A DNA stretch of 64,000 nucleotides. Source: Octopus bimaculoides (Eukaryota). The stretch spans positions 35,538,744-35,602,743 of the forward strand of contig NC_068982.1 of NCBI RefSeq assembly GCF_001194135.2, read 5' to 3'. Positions within the stretch are counted from its first letter, which is position 1, and each line of letters begins with the position of its first letter. Position numbers and translations under genes: made by a program. This document shows, in pieces, positions 1 to 11,986 of the stretch. The notes under the pieces are model-generated. The model worked only from the letters and a program-made list of their open reading frames with translations. It did not search any database and was not told the origin of the DNA.

Positions 1-104
1 CAATCTCTTGGAATAAGGGGAGGAGGGGCATGGGGCCAATAGGCAGCTATTATAATGTTGGATAGAATGCCTCACTATATTTGTTCCAATTATTTCTGCC
101 TAAA

Positions 105-147
<43 letters not shown>

Positions 148-1726
148 AGGTGCAGGTATGGCTGTGTGGTTAAAACATTTGCTTCAAAACCTTATGGTCT
201 CAGGTTCAATCTCACTGCAAAGCACTTTCAACAAATGATTTCTACTATAGGTCTGTGTTGACCAAAGCCTTGTGAGTGGATTTGGTGGACAGAAACTGAA
301 AGAAGCCTATCATACATACATACATACATACATAAATACATACATATATATATACATGCATACACATACACACACAAGTGTGTGTGCCTGAGGACTCTCT
401 CCTACAAGCCTCCCACAAGTGTGTGTGTGCCCTTGTTTTGACATCTTTTACTTGAATGGTATTCAATTCCAATATTCTGCGAAAATATAAAATAAAACCT
501 TTGTCTGACCACGGGGAAATATTACCTTGCCTGCTGGACAGGAAGGGCATCCAGATACAGAAATTCTGACTTGATAGATTCCATCTAATCCATGCAAGCA
601 TGGAAATAGTAGATGTTAGTCATCATTAAAGTAAGACACCTTACCTCTCAGAGAGTATTAGGTTACTTGGAGAAGTTTTTTGAAGTGAAATCATTCCTAA
701 AAATGATGTTGTGTATATCGTTAATCCCTTTGAAATTTATGGTGTTATTTATAGTGATGATGGAGTTACTCATCAGGATGATACTATTGAATATAGGATA
801 TTAGGGATGAGCTATACAGACAAGGTCAGGTGATGAACTGAAAAAAATCTAAAGTTTATTAGTTTGGTAATTATTAGCTGTTCTTCTACACTAGCTAATA
901 TCCTCAATCTTATGAAACTGATCTTCAATTGATTTTGTCATTTCCATGTTTACATTACTTGAAAAAGTCATCTTGTTCATAGCCTCTATTAGCGTGTAGG
1001 TGAACTGATCATTGAGTGTGAGATACCTTCAGTTATAACATGATTGGTATCTTTGATAAGATGCCTGCAACAACACTAGCAACAGTAACATATGTTATGT
1101 GATTTATTAATAATGTATTAATGCCTTTAGACAGACTTGTGAATTTGCAATGGTTAATCTATATAAGTTTTATACATACATACATACATATGTATATACA
1201 CATACATACATACATATATACATACATATGCCTCCCAACCACATAGTTCCCGGTTCAGTCCTACTGCATGGCACCTTGCATGAGTATCTTCTATTATAGC
1301 CTCAGGTTGATGCTTGTGCATGGCATTTTGGCTTGGTCTCTTATAGCTGGGTGCCTTGCCTATCTCTAAGCACTTTACTGAGTGCACCAGGGTAATATTT
1401 TCATGGCACCTGCACTAGTGAGATGATTAAGTTCACAGCAAGGCAGAATTAATAAAACTTCTGTGCTGGGGTACCGTCTTCAAGAAGTTTAGTTGAACGC
1501 AAAACCCCCAGCCTGATGCTTATTCTATTTGCTGTTTTTGTCAAACCACTAAGTTACAGGGACATAAACACACCAACCCCAATTGTCATGTAGTGGTGGG
1601 GAGTAAACACAGACACAAAGACACACACATGCATATATATGTATATATGTGAATGTGTATGTGTGTGTAAAATAATTAAGGTGGCTAGATGCAATTTAAG
1701 ACCAAAAAGGAATATTTTTTTTATAT

Positions 1727-1794
<68 letters not shown>

Positions 1795-2900
1795 GATGGG
1801 CTTCTTTCAACTTCCATTTGCCAAATGCACTTAACAAGGCTTTGGTCAACCCAGAGTATCAGAAGATACTTGGTTATTCTGAAGGTCCAATGGAATATAA
1901 ATTAAATCATGTGATAGCAAAGAGGACCCCTATAAGGGCCATATGGACCCTGATTGAGAGCCACTGTTCTAGAGAATGACATGTGTGAAAGATAGTAACA
2001 ATGTCTGTAATGCAAAACTATTGGTTCTCTCTCAAGATGTTCAAATTGGCAAAGTCATTAGAGTTGGACACGTTTCACAATATTTATTTTCACTAAGGCG
2101 GCAAGATGGCAGAAACATTAGCATGCCGGGTGAAATGCTTAACGATATTTTATCTATCTTTACATTCGGAGTTCAAATTCCGTTGAGGTCAACTTTGTCT
2201 TTCACCCTTTTGGGTCAATAAATTAAGTACCAGTTGCATACTGGAGTCGATCTAATCGACTGCCCTACCCCACTCCCTAAAAATTTCAGGCCTTGTGCCT
2301 AGAGTAGAAAAGAATATTTATTTTCACTTTCTGTGCTCTGAGTTCAAGTCCAGTTGAGATCAACTTTGCCTTTCACCCTTTCAGGGGTCAATAAATATGT
2401 ACCAATCCAAGGTGATGGATTGGCAGAACTGTAAGAAAAATTGTTATATCTATTCTGGTTCGTTACATTCTGAGTTCAAATCCTGCTAAGTCCTACCTGG
2501 TTGGTATACTTAAATAAACCCATCACTCAGCTTAACACCTGACTTTTAAAATTAATTAAAAATGATATTTACTACTGTAGTCTCCAACATAAATGATAAT
2601 TAAAAGATGTACCTAATTGAATATTGTTTTGGTGCACTAATAAAAGTTTAAATCCACATGTATAGCGAAGTTGTATGATTAGATTCTTATAAAGAAGCTG
2701 CTATGGATTAATCTATAATGTATTTGACCCTACAGGAAAAATAGTATGTTCTATCCTCGTATTAAGATTACTAATTCTGAAAGAGAGGAAAATTGTGTGC
2801 ATGAGGGTGAGGAGCTAATGTTTTTCTTTTATAAATGTGTATATATGTGCGTGTGTGTTATATGCATGTATATGTATATATGCATATATGTATATATATA

Positions 2901-3078
2901 TTTCATATCATCATCATCATCGTTTAACGTCCACTTTCCATGCTAGCATGGGTTGGACGACTTGACTGAGGACTGGTGAAACCGGATGGCAACACCAGGC
3001 TCCAATCTAAATTTGGCATAGTTTCTACAGCTGGATGCCCTTCCTAACGCCAACCACTCAGAGAGTGTAGTAGGTGCT
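2901..3078 (-). mobile_element. Short retroposon 3' end with (GAT)n tail (RTE-type tail family)
   Basis: Minus strand GGCGTTAGGAAGGGCATCCAGCTGTAGAAAC...CCAACCCATGCTAGCATGGAAAGTGGACGTTAAACGATGATG. Related copies at about 23540-23720(+), 24540-24730(-), 27090-27275(+), 28340-28600(-), 32830-33166(-) and 48810-49020(-). Confidence 0.75.
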
Positions 3079-3111
3079 TGTGTGAATATGTATATATATT
3101 TATATATATAT

Positions 3112-3907
3112 NNNNNNNNNNNNNNNNNNNNNNNNNNNNNNNNNNNNNNNNNNNNNNNNNNNNNNNNNNNNNNNNNNNNNNNNNNNNNNNNNNNNNNNNN
3201 NNNNNNNNNNNNNNNNNNNNNNNNNNNNNNNNNNNNNNNNNNNNNNNNNNNNNNNNNNNNNNNNNNNNNNNNNNNNNNNNNNNNNNNNNNNNNNNNNNNN
3301 NNNNNNNNNNNNNNNNNNNNNNNNNNNNNNNNNNNNNNNNNNNNNNNNNNNNNNNNNNNNNNNNNNNNNNNNNNNNNNNNNNNNNNNNNNNNNNNNNNNN
3401 NNNNNNNNNNNNNNNNNNNNNNNNNNNNNNNNNNNNNNNNNNNNNNNNNNNNNNNNNNNNNNNNNNNNNNNNNNNNNNNNNNNNNNNNNNNNNNNNNNNN
3501 NNNNNNNNNNNNNNNNNNNNNNNNNNNNNNNNNNNNNNNNNNNNNNNNNNNNNNNNNNNNNNNNNNNNNNNNNNNNNNNNNNNNNNNNNNNNNNNNNNNN
3601 NNNNNNNNNNNNNNNNNNNNNNNNNNNNNNNNNNNNNNNNNNNNNNNNNNNNNNNNNNNNNNNNNNNNNNNNNNNNNNNNNNNNNNNNNNNNNNNNNNNN
3701 NNNNNNNNNNNNNNNNNNNNNNNNNNNNNNNNNNNNNNNNNNNNNNNNNNNNNNNNNNNNNNNNNNNNNNNNNNNNNNNNNNNNNNNNNNNNNNNNNNNN
3801 NNNNNNNNNNNNNNNNNNNNNNNNNNNNNNNNNNNNNNNNNNNNNNNNNNNNNNNNNNNNNNNNNNNNNNNNNNNNNNNNNNNNNNNNNNNNNNNNNNNN
3901 NNNNNNN
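3112..3907. other. Assembly gap (largest of ten)
   Basis: Other N runs: 16787-17034, 21892-21901, 29315-29475, 33167-33770, 42035-42084, 51146-51155, 59672-59721, 60023-60032, 60706-60838. Confidence 1.
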
Positions 3908-4349
3908 TATTATTTCTTATCTCAACACTTTCATATCTCATATTTTAATAAAAAAAATTTTTTTTTTTTTTAAACAAAACATTTTGTTTCTTTTTCGTTT
4001 CATTATCCTTTGAAAGAGTTGTGTGAGATAAAGAATTATTTTGTTATTTTTGAAACTACTTTCAAAACAAAAACTAGTTGAGGTAGTGGTGGTGGTGGTG
4101 GTGGTGGCAGCAGTTATATTGTAAGAATGGTAAATGGGACTTTTGGTACACTTTCACTTCCCAGTTAGAATCATTTCACTTAATGTATTATTATATCTTC
4201 GAGAAGTAATAAACATCACAGCACTTCTTTTTCCTCTTCTTTCCTTTCTCACTATCACCACCACCCATGTATTAAATATTATATATTTATAGCTCATAAC
4301 ATTTGCTTAATGAAGAAACTAAGAATTGGATTTCTGTTTTATTTTTCAG

Positions 4350-4472
4350 CAACAAGCACAAATCACGAAGGAGACGTGCTGGATTTGATCACGTCGCTAA
4401 AAAGAACACCAAGTCCTGGAATTCAGTACATTACAGGACCTAATAACATAACGCCAGCCATTAGACTCACAG
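4350..4472 (+). CDS. NELL: NELL1/2-like gene, internal exon (start of TSPN/LamG domain); 123 nt, phase 1 to phase 1
   Basis: Acceptor ttttatttttcAG at 4348-4349, donor CAG|GTAGGT after 4472. Encodes xTSTNHEGDVLDLITSLKRTPSPGIQYITGPNNITPAIRLT(D), which resembles the NELL N-terminus (DIVTELDL...GVAQVSG..N.SKAFLF). Joins in frame to the exon at 36771. Confidence 0.85.
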
Positions 4473-4563
4473 GTAGGTAAGCAAGCCAATATGTTCTCTA
4501 GATGTTTCCACCCATTGACACTGAGATTTCTTTCACACATGCAAAAAAAGATAATAATAATAA

Positions 4564-4944
4564 TTCAAATTACGATAAAGTAAACAAACAAACGAAGTTT
4601 GCTTTTAGAAGCGTTGAGTTGTCTTAGAAAGTTAAAGAAGTGATTTTAAATTCTCAAACGCAGGACAATGCTAATAATATAGCCTGAACAGAATAAACTA
4701 CCCCTATTTTGCAGAAAATAGTGTAGGCGGCCAGCCATGAGACTCGAACTCACACCTCCGTGATTACGCATCGCGGTGCTCTCAACCAATTAAGCTAAAC
4801 TGCCCAACCACAAGTTTTTCTGCAAATTTAAGATGTATAGAAATCTCGCGTTATGAGACGCTATCATGTTAAGTTCAAATTACGATAAACGTAAACAAAC
4901 GAAGTTTGCTTTTAGAAGCGTTGAGATGTCTTAGAAAGTTAAAG
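4564..4944. repeat. Direct repeat pair (4564-4637 and 4874-4944, period 310 bp) bracketing the tRNA-like gene
   Basis: TTCAAATTACGATAAA...CAAACGAAGTTTGCTTTTAGAAGCGTTGAG(T/A)TGTCTTAGAAAGTTAAAG occurs twice with few differences. The first copy starts immediately after a (TAA)4 tract. Confidence 0.9.
4729..4805 (-). tRNA. tRNA-like gene (pseudogene or SINE head); possible CGT (Thr) anticodon in an atypical arm
   Basis: Minus strand reads GGGCAGTTTAGCTTAATTGGTTGAGAGCACCGCGATGCGTAATCACGGAGGTGTGAGTTCGAGTCTCATGGCTGGCC. A box TAGCTTAATTGG, B box GTTCGAGTC, T stem GTGAG/CTCAT, TTTT about 10 nt downstream. Acceptor stem has a mismatch and the anticodon loop is non-canonical. Confidence 0.6.
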
Positions 4945-5219
4945 TGATGATGATTTCTTTTATGTGCCACCAGGGTGGAGGATGAGGGGGACAATACGAA
5001 GATAGACATAAAGTGTTGGGGTTTACATATAGGGGAATGATAAAATAAAAAGTATACATGGTATACATTAGAAGGGAAGTATACATAGTGTATGACACTG
5101 GAAAAAGAGGTTGGGGAAATGTGATTGTGATGGGATCCCTCTGATACAGGAGGGCCTCTAGGGATAATCAAGGAACCTCCACCATCCAAGATCACTCTGA
5201 ACACCAAGGGCGAGAGCCC

Positions 5220-8200
5220 TCTCCTACTTCTTTCTTTCGACTCACAGGTCTACACTGAGAGTGGTACCATCCACTCTTGCCATTTTCACAACTTTCACCC
5301 ACCTTTTCATAAATTCACTCACGGGCAGCACCTCCCTCTCCACGGTCACTTTCTTTTACAAGTAAAATTTTAAAAAGTCAATGAGGGCTTTACCGAAGAG
5401 AAATGTTTCTGTCTTCATTCCTTTCAGCTTTGTCCACAGCCGCGAGATAAAGGAAAACTGCCTTGCCAACCCGATTAAAGGAGGGCAGTGGAGCAATCAT
5501 CATTGTGGACTCAGCTGACAGATAGATTTATCCTACACATGACAGCAGCTGTTCAACATAACTCCACAAGTCAGCAGTGGCCAGATACTGAATGAGTGCA
5601 TGCAGACCAGTTTCATTACCCAGCAAGCACCTCGGACAAGCCCGTCTGACATCATAACCATGCCGTAGTGTTTATCTTGAACTGGTAGCATCTTCCAGTA
5701 GCACTGCTAAGCTAAAGACATCTGGAAATTATCCATGACAGTCTCCTACTGGAAAGTCCTCCTGAATAGACTTGCCAGTTCATCTTTGTCGATGCCTAGG
5801 GTCTCCACTTGTCTCACTTTCCCACTACTAATCCTCTGCAATTATCTAAAGTGGAACATCCACCAATCCTATTGCCCGACTTGAAGAGACAATGAGTGTC
5901 TGACAACCTTCTAAGTGTCAGGCGCCCAGTCTCGGCTTATCCTTTACCCAGGACTGCAGCTCCATCAAGGAGACAAGCTGTGGAAAGGCTTGTTCTCACA
6001 AATGGTGCCCACACATGTTTACCTTGTATTAATCGCTGCAGGTGGCACAACCTGAGTACATGTCTGTGCATTAAAAACTATGGCATGCCTAAGCCGCCAC
6101 TCATAGTAAGTTGGCAGCAGACCAACTGCCTGACCAGTGGAACATGTCCCTTCCACAAGAAAATAAGCAGGATATGCTCCAATCTAATCAAGCAGTAACT
6201 GGGACAAGGCACAATGGTCAGTGATAAATAATGACAGATGTGATGTAGGCATTCGCCACCTCTGCCTGACCTTTCAGGGACAACTTCCACTCTGCCTATT
6301 TCTGGGTAAGAGAGGTCACCCTGTTCATCACCTATTCCCAATTCTTGTCCACTTAGAAGTCGAGACCAAACCAGACCCCAAGCAATTAAAATGGTCCATC
6401 AGTCCAGCATCCAACAATGCCGTCTGACAGCATTGATCTGCCTTTCCAGGTGCCCAGTTACAATCTCACTGACTTGTCGGCATTGACTTTAGCCCCTGCA
6501 ACTAACTCGTATTCCTTTACAATGGAGCCAACTGTCTCCACTTCAGAGGCATCCAACACCATGACGGTGACATCATCCACGTATGCAGACACTGCCTTCC
6601 TGAGTTCAATTTCAAAAGGGAGGCTTCTTAACTGTTCCAACTTCTGCAGCAATGAGTCGAGAGCCAGCACACACAGAAGAGGTGATAGCAAGCCCTGAAA
6701 GACCAAATACTAAATGCCTCTGATAGATGGCCATTTATTTTGACCACTGATCAGGTGCTGCTGTGCATTGCAGCAATCCACCCTCTGAAAATGGGTCCAA
6801 AACCAACCACTTTAAGGACGGCTTCCAAGTAGCAATGGTCTACCCAATCGAAAGCTTTTGACTAATCTAAATAGATCAGGGCCCCACCAAAGCCAGCTTT
6901 AGTCCCAGCCCTCTCTATGATGTATCACATAAGGTGGAGGTTGTCATGGATAGCCCTGCTTGGGATTGTGCACATTTGTGCCTCCCCGACCGGACTACCA
7001 ATGACAAGCACCAACCTTTTCACTAACATCTTAGCCAAAGTCTTTAACTCTGTGTTTAGCAGAGTTATGGGCTGAAAATTCCCGAGCATATCCTCATTGT
7101 CAGCATCCTTTCTCGGAAGTGTTACCACACCCTAGCTAACAGCACTAGGAATTCTCCCATTCTGCTGCCAGTTACTGTAGACATCTGCCAAGAGACTGCT
7201 AAACAAATCTGGCATGAAAATATAGAATTCGTAGGGCAGACCATCCAAACCAGGCGATTTGTGACTTCTGTAATCACTCATCACCTCCCATATTTCAGAA
7301 GCTGTAATCGGCTTTTCACAGAATCTTGTGTCTGTCACTGAGAGCCCTGGTAGGCTGTCTAGGTACAAAGTAACGTTCGCTAGCATTGTTGACCCATCAC
7401 CTTCCTCAAACAGCCATGTAAAGTGTTACTGGAAAGCCACACACATTTGCTCAGAACCAAGTAGCATACATCCGTCCTGATCTGTCAAAGACTTGATCAT
7501 GGTTTTGTTTCCACATCGCATCTCTACTGTTTGGACCCATCGGACGGTTTTAGTTCCTTCGTGTTTTAGTGCATGGGCATTAGCTCTGACAACACACCCT
7601 TTGTGTTTTGCCTCAAAGAAAGGGCCAAGGGCCATTCTCGCTGCTAACACATTGGTCGCAATGCCTTTACTAATAGCCTCTTCTAGTTTGCTAGCTAGTT
7701 CTCCCTCTAATCTATTTCTTTCTATTGCTAAATCTTTGCTAAATACTATCGCTTCTACGCTAATCACTCTCTTCAGAGCCATCTACCACTAGTTGTTGAT
7801 GATAGCCTCCATCAACTGCCACATAACTAGTTCACTAATCCAGTCTCTGTAGTCTTTGCAAGCCAGTAAGGAAGCATTTAATTTCCAGTAACTCGGTCCC
7901 TGTCTACTGGTCTTATCTAAATTGACTGAACATATCAGAAATTTGTGATCTGTGTAGCCAACCAATTTAAATTGTGGACAACCTACGCTATCCCTATCTT
8001 CTGCCCTACAAATACTCTATTTAAATACGATCTGGATGACCCACTGTGGTTGCTCCATGTCTACACTGGCACATCAGGGAAATCCAGTTGTTACCTATCA
8101 GAAAGCTGGAAAGTCCTGAGCAGGTTTTCAAGGTTTTTACACCCACTTCTACTATGTACTAAACCCACACAGTCCTTCCATGTGTCCAAAGTACTGTCCC

Positions 8201-8623
8201 AGTCCCCCACTAGTACTAAAGTGTGAGACATTCCCAAGAATGTTTCTAGATGCCTGAAGAATTTTGACCTTCCAGTCCTGTTGGGGCATAAACTGCCACC
8301 AGTCTAAAGGCGCCACCTTTGCTGCCACTCATGTCCAGGACCACCACCCTACCATCCGGGTCCAGGAACATAGCCCATACTTGGAGATCTAAGGATATCC
8401 AGAGTAGCACTGCTACACTGCTACTCGCTCCCAATAGACCACAAGATGAGAATACCGCATAGTCCTCAAAAATGAATGCTAGAGCATGTTTTCCGGAGAT
8501 CCTTGTTTCACTAATGGCAGCCACATCCAAATCAAGTGACCCGAGATCATTGAGCAAGTGACCTTGTTTCCAAGCTGATCCCAGGCCATGCATATTCACA
8601 CACCCCATTCTCAGCACAGCCAT
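5220..8623 (-). pseudogene. LINE ORF2 (apurinic endonuclease + reverse transcriptase + Cys-rich C-terminus), fragmented
   Basis: APE: MGCVNMHGL...LDLDVAAISETRI. RT: SPGLDGLPYEFY, GNFQPITLLNTELKTLAK, IHDNLH, QGLLSPLL, AYVDDVT. Thumb: LWKG...GGLGMP. C-terminal ACPRC...ETGLHAL at about 5580-5645. Confidence 0.92.
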
Positions 8624-8650
8624 GCTAATCAGAGAAGGAAAATGAGGACA

Positions 8651-10324
8651 TTACTCACCTTTATTTTCAAGAAGCCCAGAAGTTTCAGGCCTCTCTACTG
8701 GCAAAAATTTTTTAAAAGGCCCTTCCAACAGCCTTTTATCAACAGATCTTTTTAAAATTCCCACACTACCTGGAAATTTTTCTATTATAATTTTATAAAC
8801 ATCTGACAACGTTTTAGTTGAAAATCTGTCCTTGAGGGTTTTGAAGATGAAATCCTCAAATTCTTTTCCCTCTGTCTCTGTTTTGTTTTTGTTTTGACTT
8901 ACAAAATCCATCAATTCATTGTTACACTTGTTCACAACAGTGAAATTGATGGATACATTTCGTCTACAGTCTGATGAATATTTTTGAAGTTCTGTAATTA
9001 GTTGTTTCTGTGATTTCATGCTGTTTTTGAAGTTGCTGATCTTGTTCTTGTTGTTTTTGTTGGAGTGATTGCGAATTGTATTGCAGTTGTGGTTTCAGAA
9101 TAAGGTTTTGTTGATTTCTTAGAGTACGGCTATGTACTCTCCTCCTCTTTCGCCTACCCGCTTTTGTCAATGTGATCCATCAATTGTTCAGCTTTTCTTT
9201 CTCCATGCATGTCATTGCAGTTGATGATGGTTTGGGAGGAAGAGCATTCGGGAGAAACTTGCTTTTCCATGGCAACTGGGGGTAGACTCCTTCTTTGTCT
9301 TGGTTTGGGAGTGGGTATGAGCTTGGGTGTGGGAGTAGGTGTAGGAGTCTTGAGCATTTGTTTATGATTTTGCACTTGTGGTGTTTGTAATGTTGGCAGC
9401 AGTGGGACTTTATTTTACCTTGCTTCAGTGCAGAAAGCCTTTAAGTGATTTACAGATCCACATGTGTGGCATCTTGGCTTTCTATCCTCCATGAACACTA
9501 ACAGATGAGTACCATCCAGGAGATCGATTAGATCGGGCAGCTGGTCAATATGGTCCTGCTTGCATTGCAAGGTCAGTCCTATACCTATACCTAACAAATT
9601 TTCTTGATCTCCAATATTGTGACTTCATCTTCTTCTAAACCTGCCAAGATGGCCACCACTAACCATGAATATTTCTGGCGGCACATTCAGCACCCTAATC
9701 TTAGCAAGGCGTTGGCCGCAGTAGCTGGGGATTAAAAAGAAAGTTGTCATTCCTCAAAGTGGTTGCAGAATTACATCTAGCTTCTTCTTTCATTCCACAT
9801 CTCACCTCAATAGTTCCAAACTTCTTTCCTCAAGTGATGTGGGACTTTTGTTCCCACATGTGCCCAAGACATTTTTGTACTTTGCTCTCAGGAGCATTTT
9901 CCACCCACCAAGACTTCATTCTGATGCAACAGTATGTTACCATGCATCTTGTAATATTTTCAATCACGTCGGATGGAAGGTTTAAAGCTACCCTTCTACC
10001 ATCTCTTTTTACAATTTTTCTTGCCAATTTTAATTCTTCTTCATCTCTGTGGATACTTGCCATATTTCCCGCCGCCAATGCAAAAGATGCAGAGGTGATA
10101 TTTGCATTCTTATTTTTCATTTCTTTCATATTGTTGTTGTTTTTGCTGACACAGCTGTTACTGTTGATCTTATTGTCAACATCGAGAGTTTTGACGTTGA
10201 TTAGAGATGAAACATTTTTCACCTCAGTGACGTCATTAAGTTTAGGCCATTTGATATTCATAGTTTCAATTCTTTCCTCATTCTCGATTTTTCCCGACAA
10301 GGAGCACGTTCCTTTGTTGAACAT
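8651..10324 (-). pseudogene. LINE ORF1 (gag-like), fragmented
   Basis: ORF pieces 9830-10324, 9415-9597 (RCHTCGSVNHLKAFC = CX2CX4HX4C knuckle) and 8651-9019, plus an RRM-like 'SYCGQRLAKIRVLNVPPEI' segment near 9670-9730. Ends 27 nt before the ORF2 ATG at 8623. Confidence 0.75.
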
Positions 10325-10630
10325 TATGATGGCTTCTTTATCAGCTATCTTTAAATAAATACAGAAAATTGCAAAATATGTGTTTTTGCCGAAAGCAGTT
10401 AAAATTCAAAAATTATTGAAGTACACTTCTTGAAAAAAAGTGGGTATTTCTACACAAACATACTATCTGTGCAGTCCAGACAATCTCAGAAATATAATGA
10501 TAACAATAGAAATGAAAAGACGGGGCCTTAGAAGGCCTAAAAGATTACAAATGCTTTTTCAACTAACGGAGCACCAAATTTCCATGACTTCACAGTATGG
10601 CAGCCATAATAATAATGATAATAATAATAA

Positions 10631-11029
10631 TAAAGTGCTGGGAAAGGTAGAAAAATACAGATTACTAAAAGATGAAATTGCAAGCATGTGGGCAATGTGA
10701 AGAGTAACCATCACCCTAGTAGTTGTAGGAGCACTTGGAGCAATGACAACTAAATTTGAGGAATTTGTCAGAAAAATTGGAATTGACATGATGGGAGAGC
10801 ATGCCCCAAAAGCTGCTCTATTGAGAGCAGTGAGGATTTTAAAATCAGTACTTGGCTGTTGAGTATCTTCTATAATACTTAATGTTTAGGTACCAAAGCT
10901 TATAATTCATGTAAAGAGATCCTGTGAGACCTTTGACAACAGGTTGCTGTCTACTCTCAGAAAATTAACCGAAACTAGTAAGATCAAGAGCTCTGAGAGG
11001 TAAAGTAAAATAATTATAATGATAATAAT
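10631..11029 (+). mobile_element. 5'-truncated 3' end of an R4/Dong-like (RLE-type) non-LTR retrotransposon
   Basis: KVLGKVEKYRLLKDEIASMWAM*RVTITLVVVGALGAMTTKFEEFVRKIGIDMMGEHAPKAALLRAVRILKSVLGC* (stop at 10860-10862) matches the RLE C-terminal pattern K..KY..L...W.....PVVVGALG...LQKAALL...ILR.VL. Followed by a short UTR and an (AAT)n tail; (TAA)n also lies on the 5' side. Confidence 0.8.
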
Positions 11030-11986
11030 CCTTTTTAATGTAGACACAAGGCCTGAAATTGTGGGGGAGAGGGCTAGTCGATTGCATCGAACCCAATGCG
11101 CAACTGGTTCTTAATTTATCAACCCCGAAAGGATGAAAGGCAAAGTCAACCTCGGCAGAATTTGAACCCAGAACATAGCAACGGATGAAATACTACTAAG
11201 CATTTCACATGATGATGATGATGAACTTTCCCATCAAAGACAACATTATGAGTGTTCAGCTTTTTGCTGAATGATGTACACAAATGATTTGTTTATAATG
11301 ATCAAATGTATGTGCTGTACATTAACTCACACCCTCCATCAAATCGACGTTGCCTGAACAGGTGCACAGTGTACCATGTGTCAAGTGTCGAAGTGATCGT
11401 GGAGTAATGTGAGATGAAGTGTTTTGCTCAAGAACACAACATACTATCCAGTCTAGGTATTGAAACTGCAATTTCACAATCGTGAGTGCAACACCCTAAT
11501 CACTAGGTTAATAATAGTAACAACAACAATAATAATAATAATAGTAATAATCTTTTCTTTATGGATCAGAAGGTCTCATACATAAAATACAAAACATGTG
11601 CAAAATGAGGTTACAAACTGAATGGAAGCATACACACACACGTACACACACCTATAATCTAAAAAGAATGTTGGAAGCACAATACATTACCAGAAGGTTT
11701 GGACACAGTAGGTAAGTTCCACACTTCTTTGTACTATATTTGTGCACTTGTACTCATGCAAGGGTGTGTGAATGCATATGGATCAACGAGAACATGTTAA
11801 ATATGGCATGGCTTGGGATGGCCATTCTTTCTCCATCCCATCACACTCCTTTCTCATTCTCTCTTGCCTTCCCTTTTCACTCTGTTCTTTTCTCCTATGA
11901 TAAATATATTTCTTTGCATACTGGTGTGTATAAGGGCCTATATTTTTCCTTATGTTGTATTTTTTGCCAATAATACTGACAAAGTG

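Larger units (their letters stand above)
4945..10480 (-). mobile_element. Near full-length decayed Tx1/L1-group non-LTR retrotransposon (ORF1 + APE-RT ORF2 + 3'UTR)
   Basis: ORF1 remnants with a CCHC knuckle; ORF2 with APE, RT and a C-terminal Cys/His motif; pyrimidine-rich 3'UTR ending ATAAAAGAAATCATCATCAC at about 4945. Many stops and frameshifts. The 5' boundary is approximate. Confidence 0.88.

Noticed and set aside
2943-4013. Longest ORFs in the track (also 33019-33896 and other gap-spanning ORFs)
   Set aside because: Open only because they run through N-gaps.
1-4349. Search for the NELL signal-peptide exon
   Set aside because: No ATG + hydrophobic stretch + phase-1 donor found; it may be upstream of the window or in the 3112-3907 gap.
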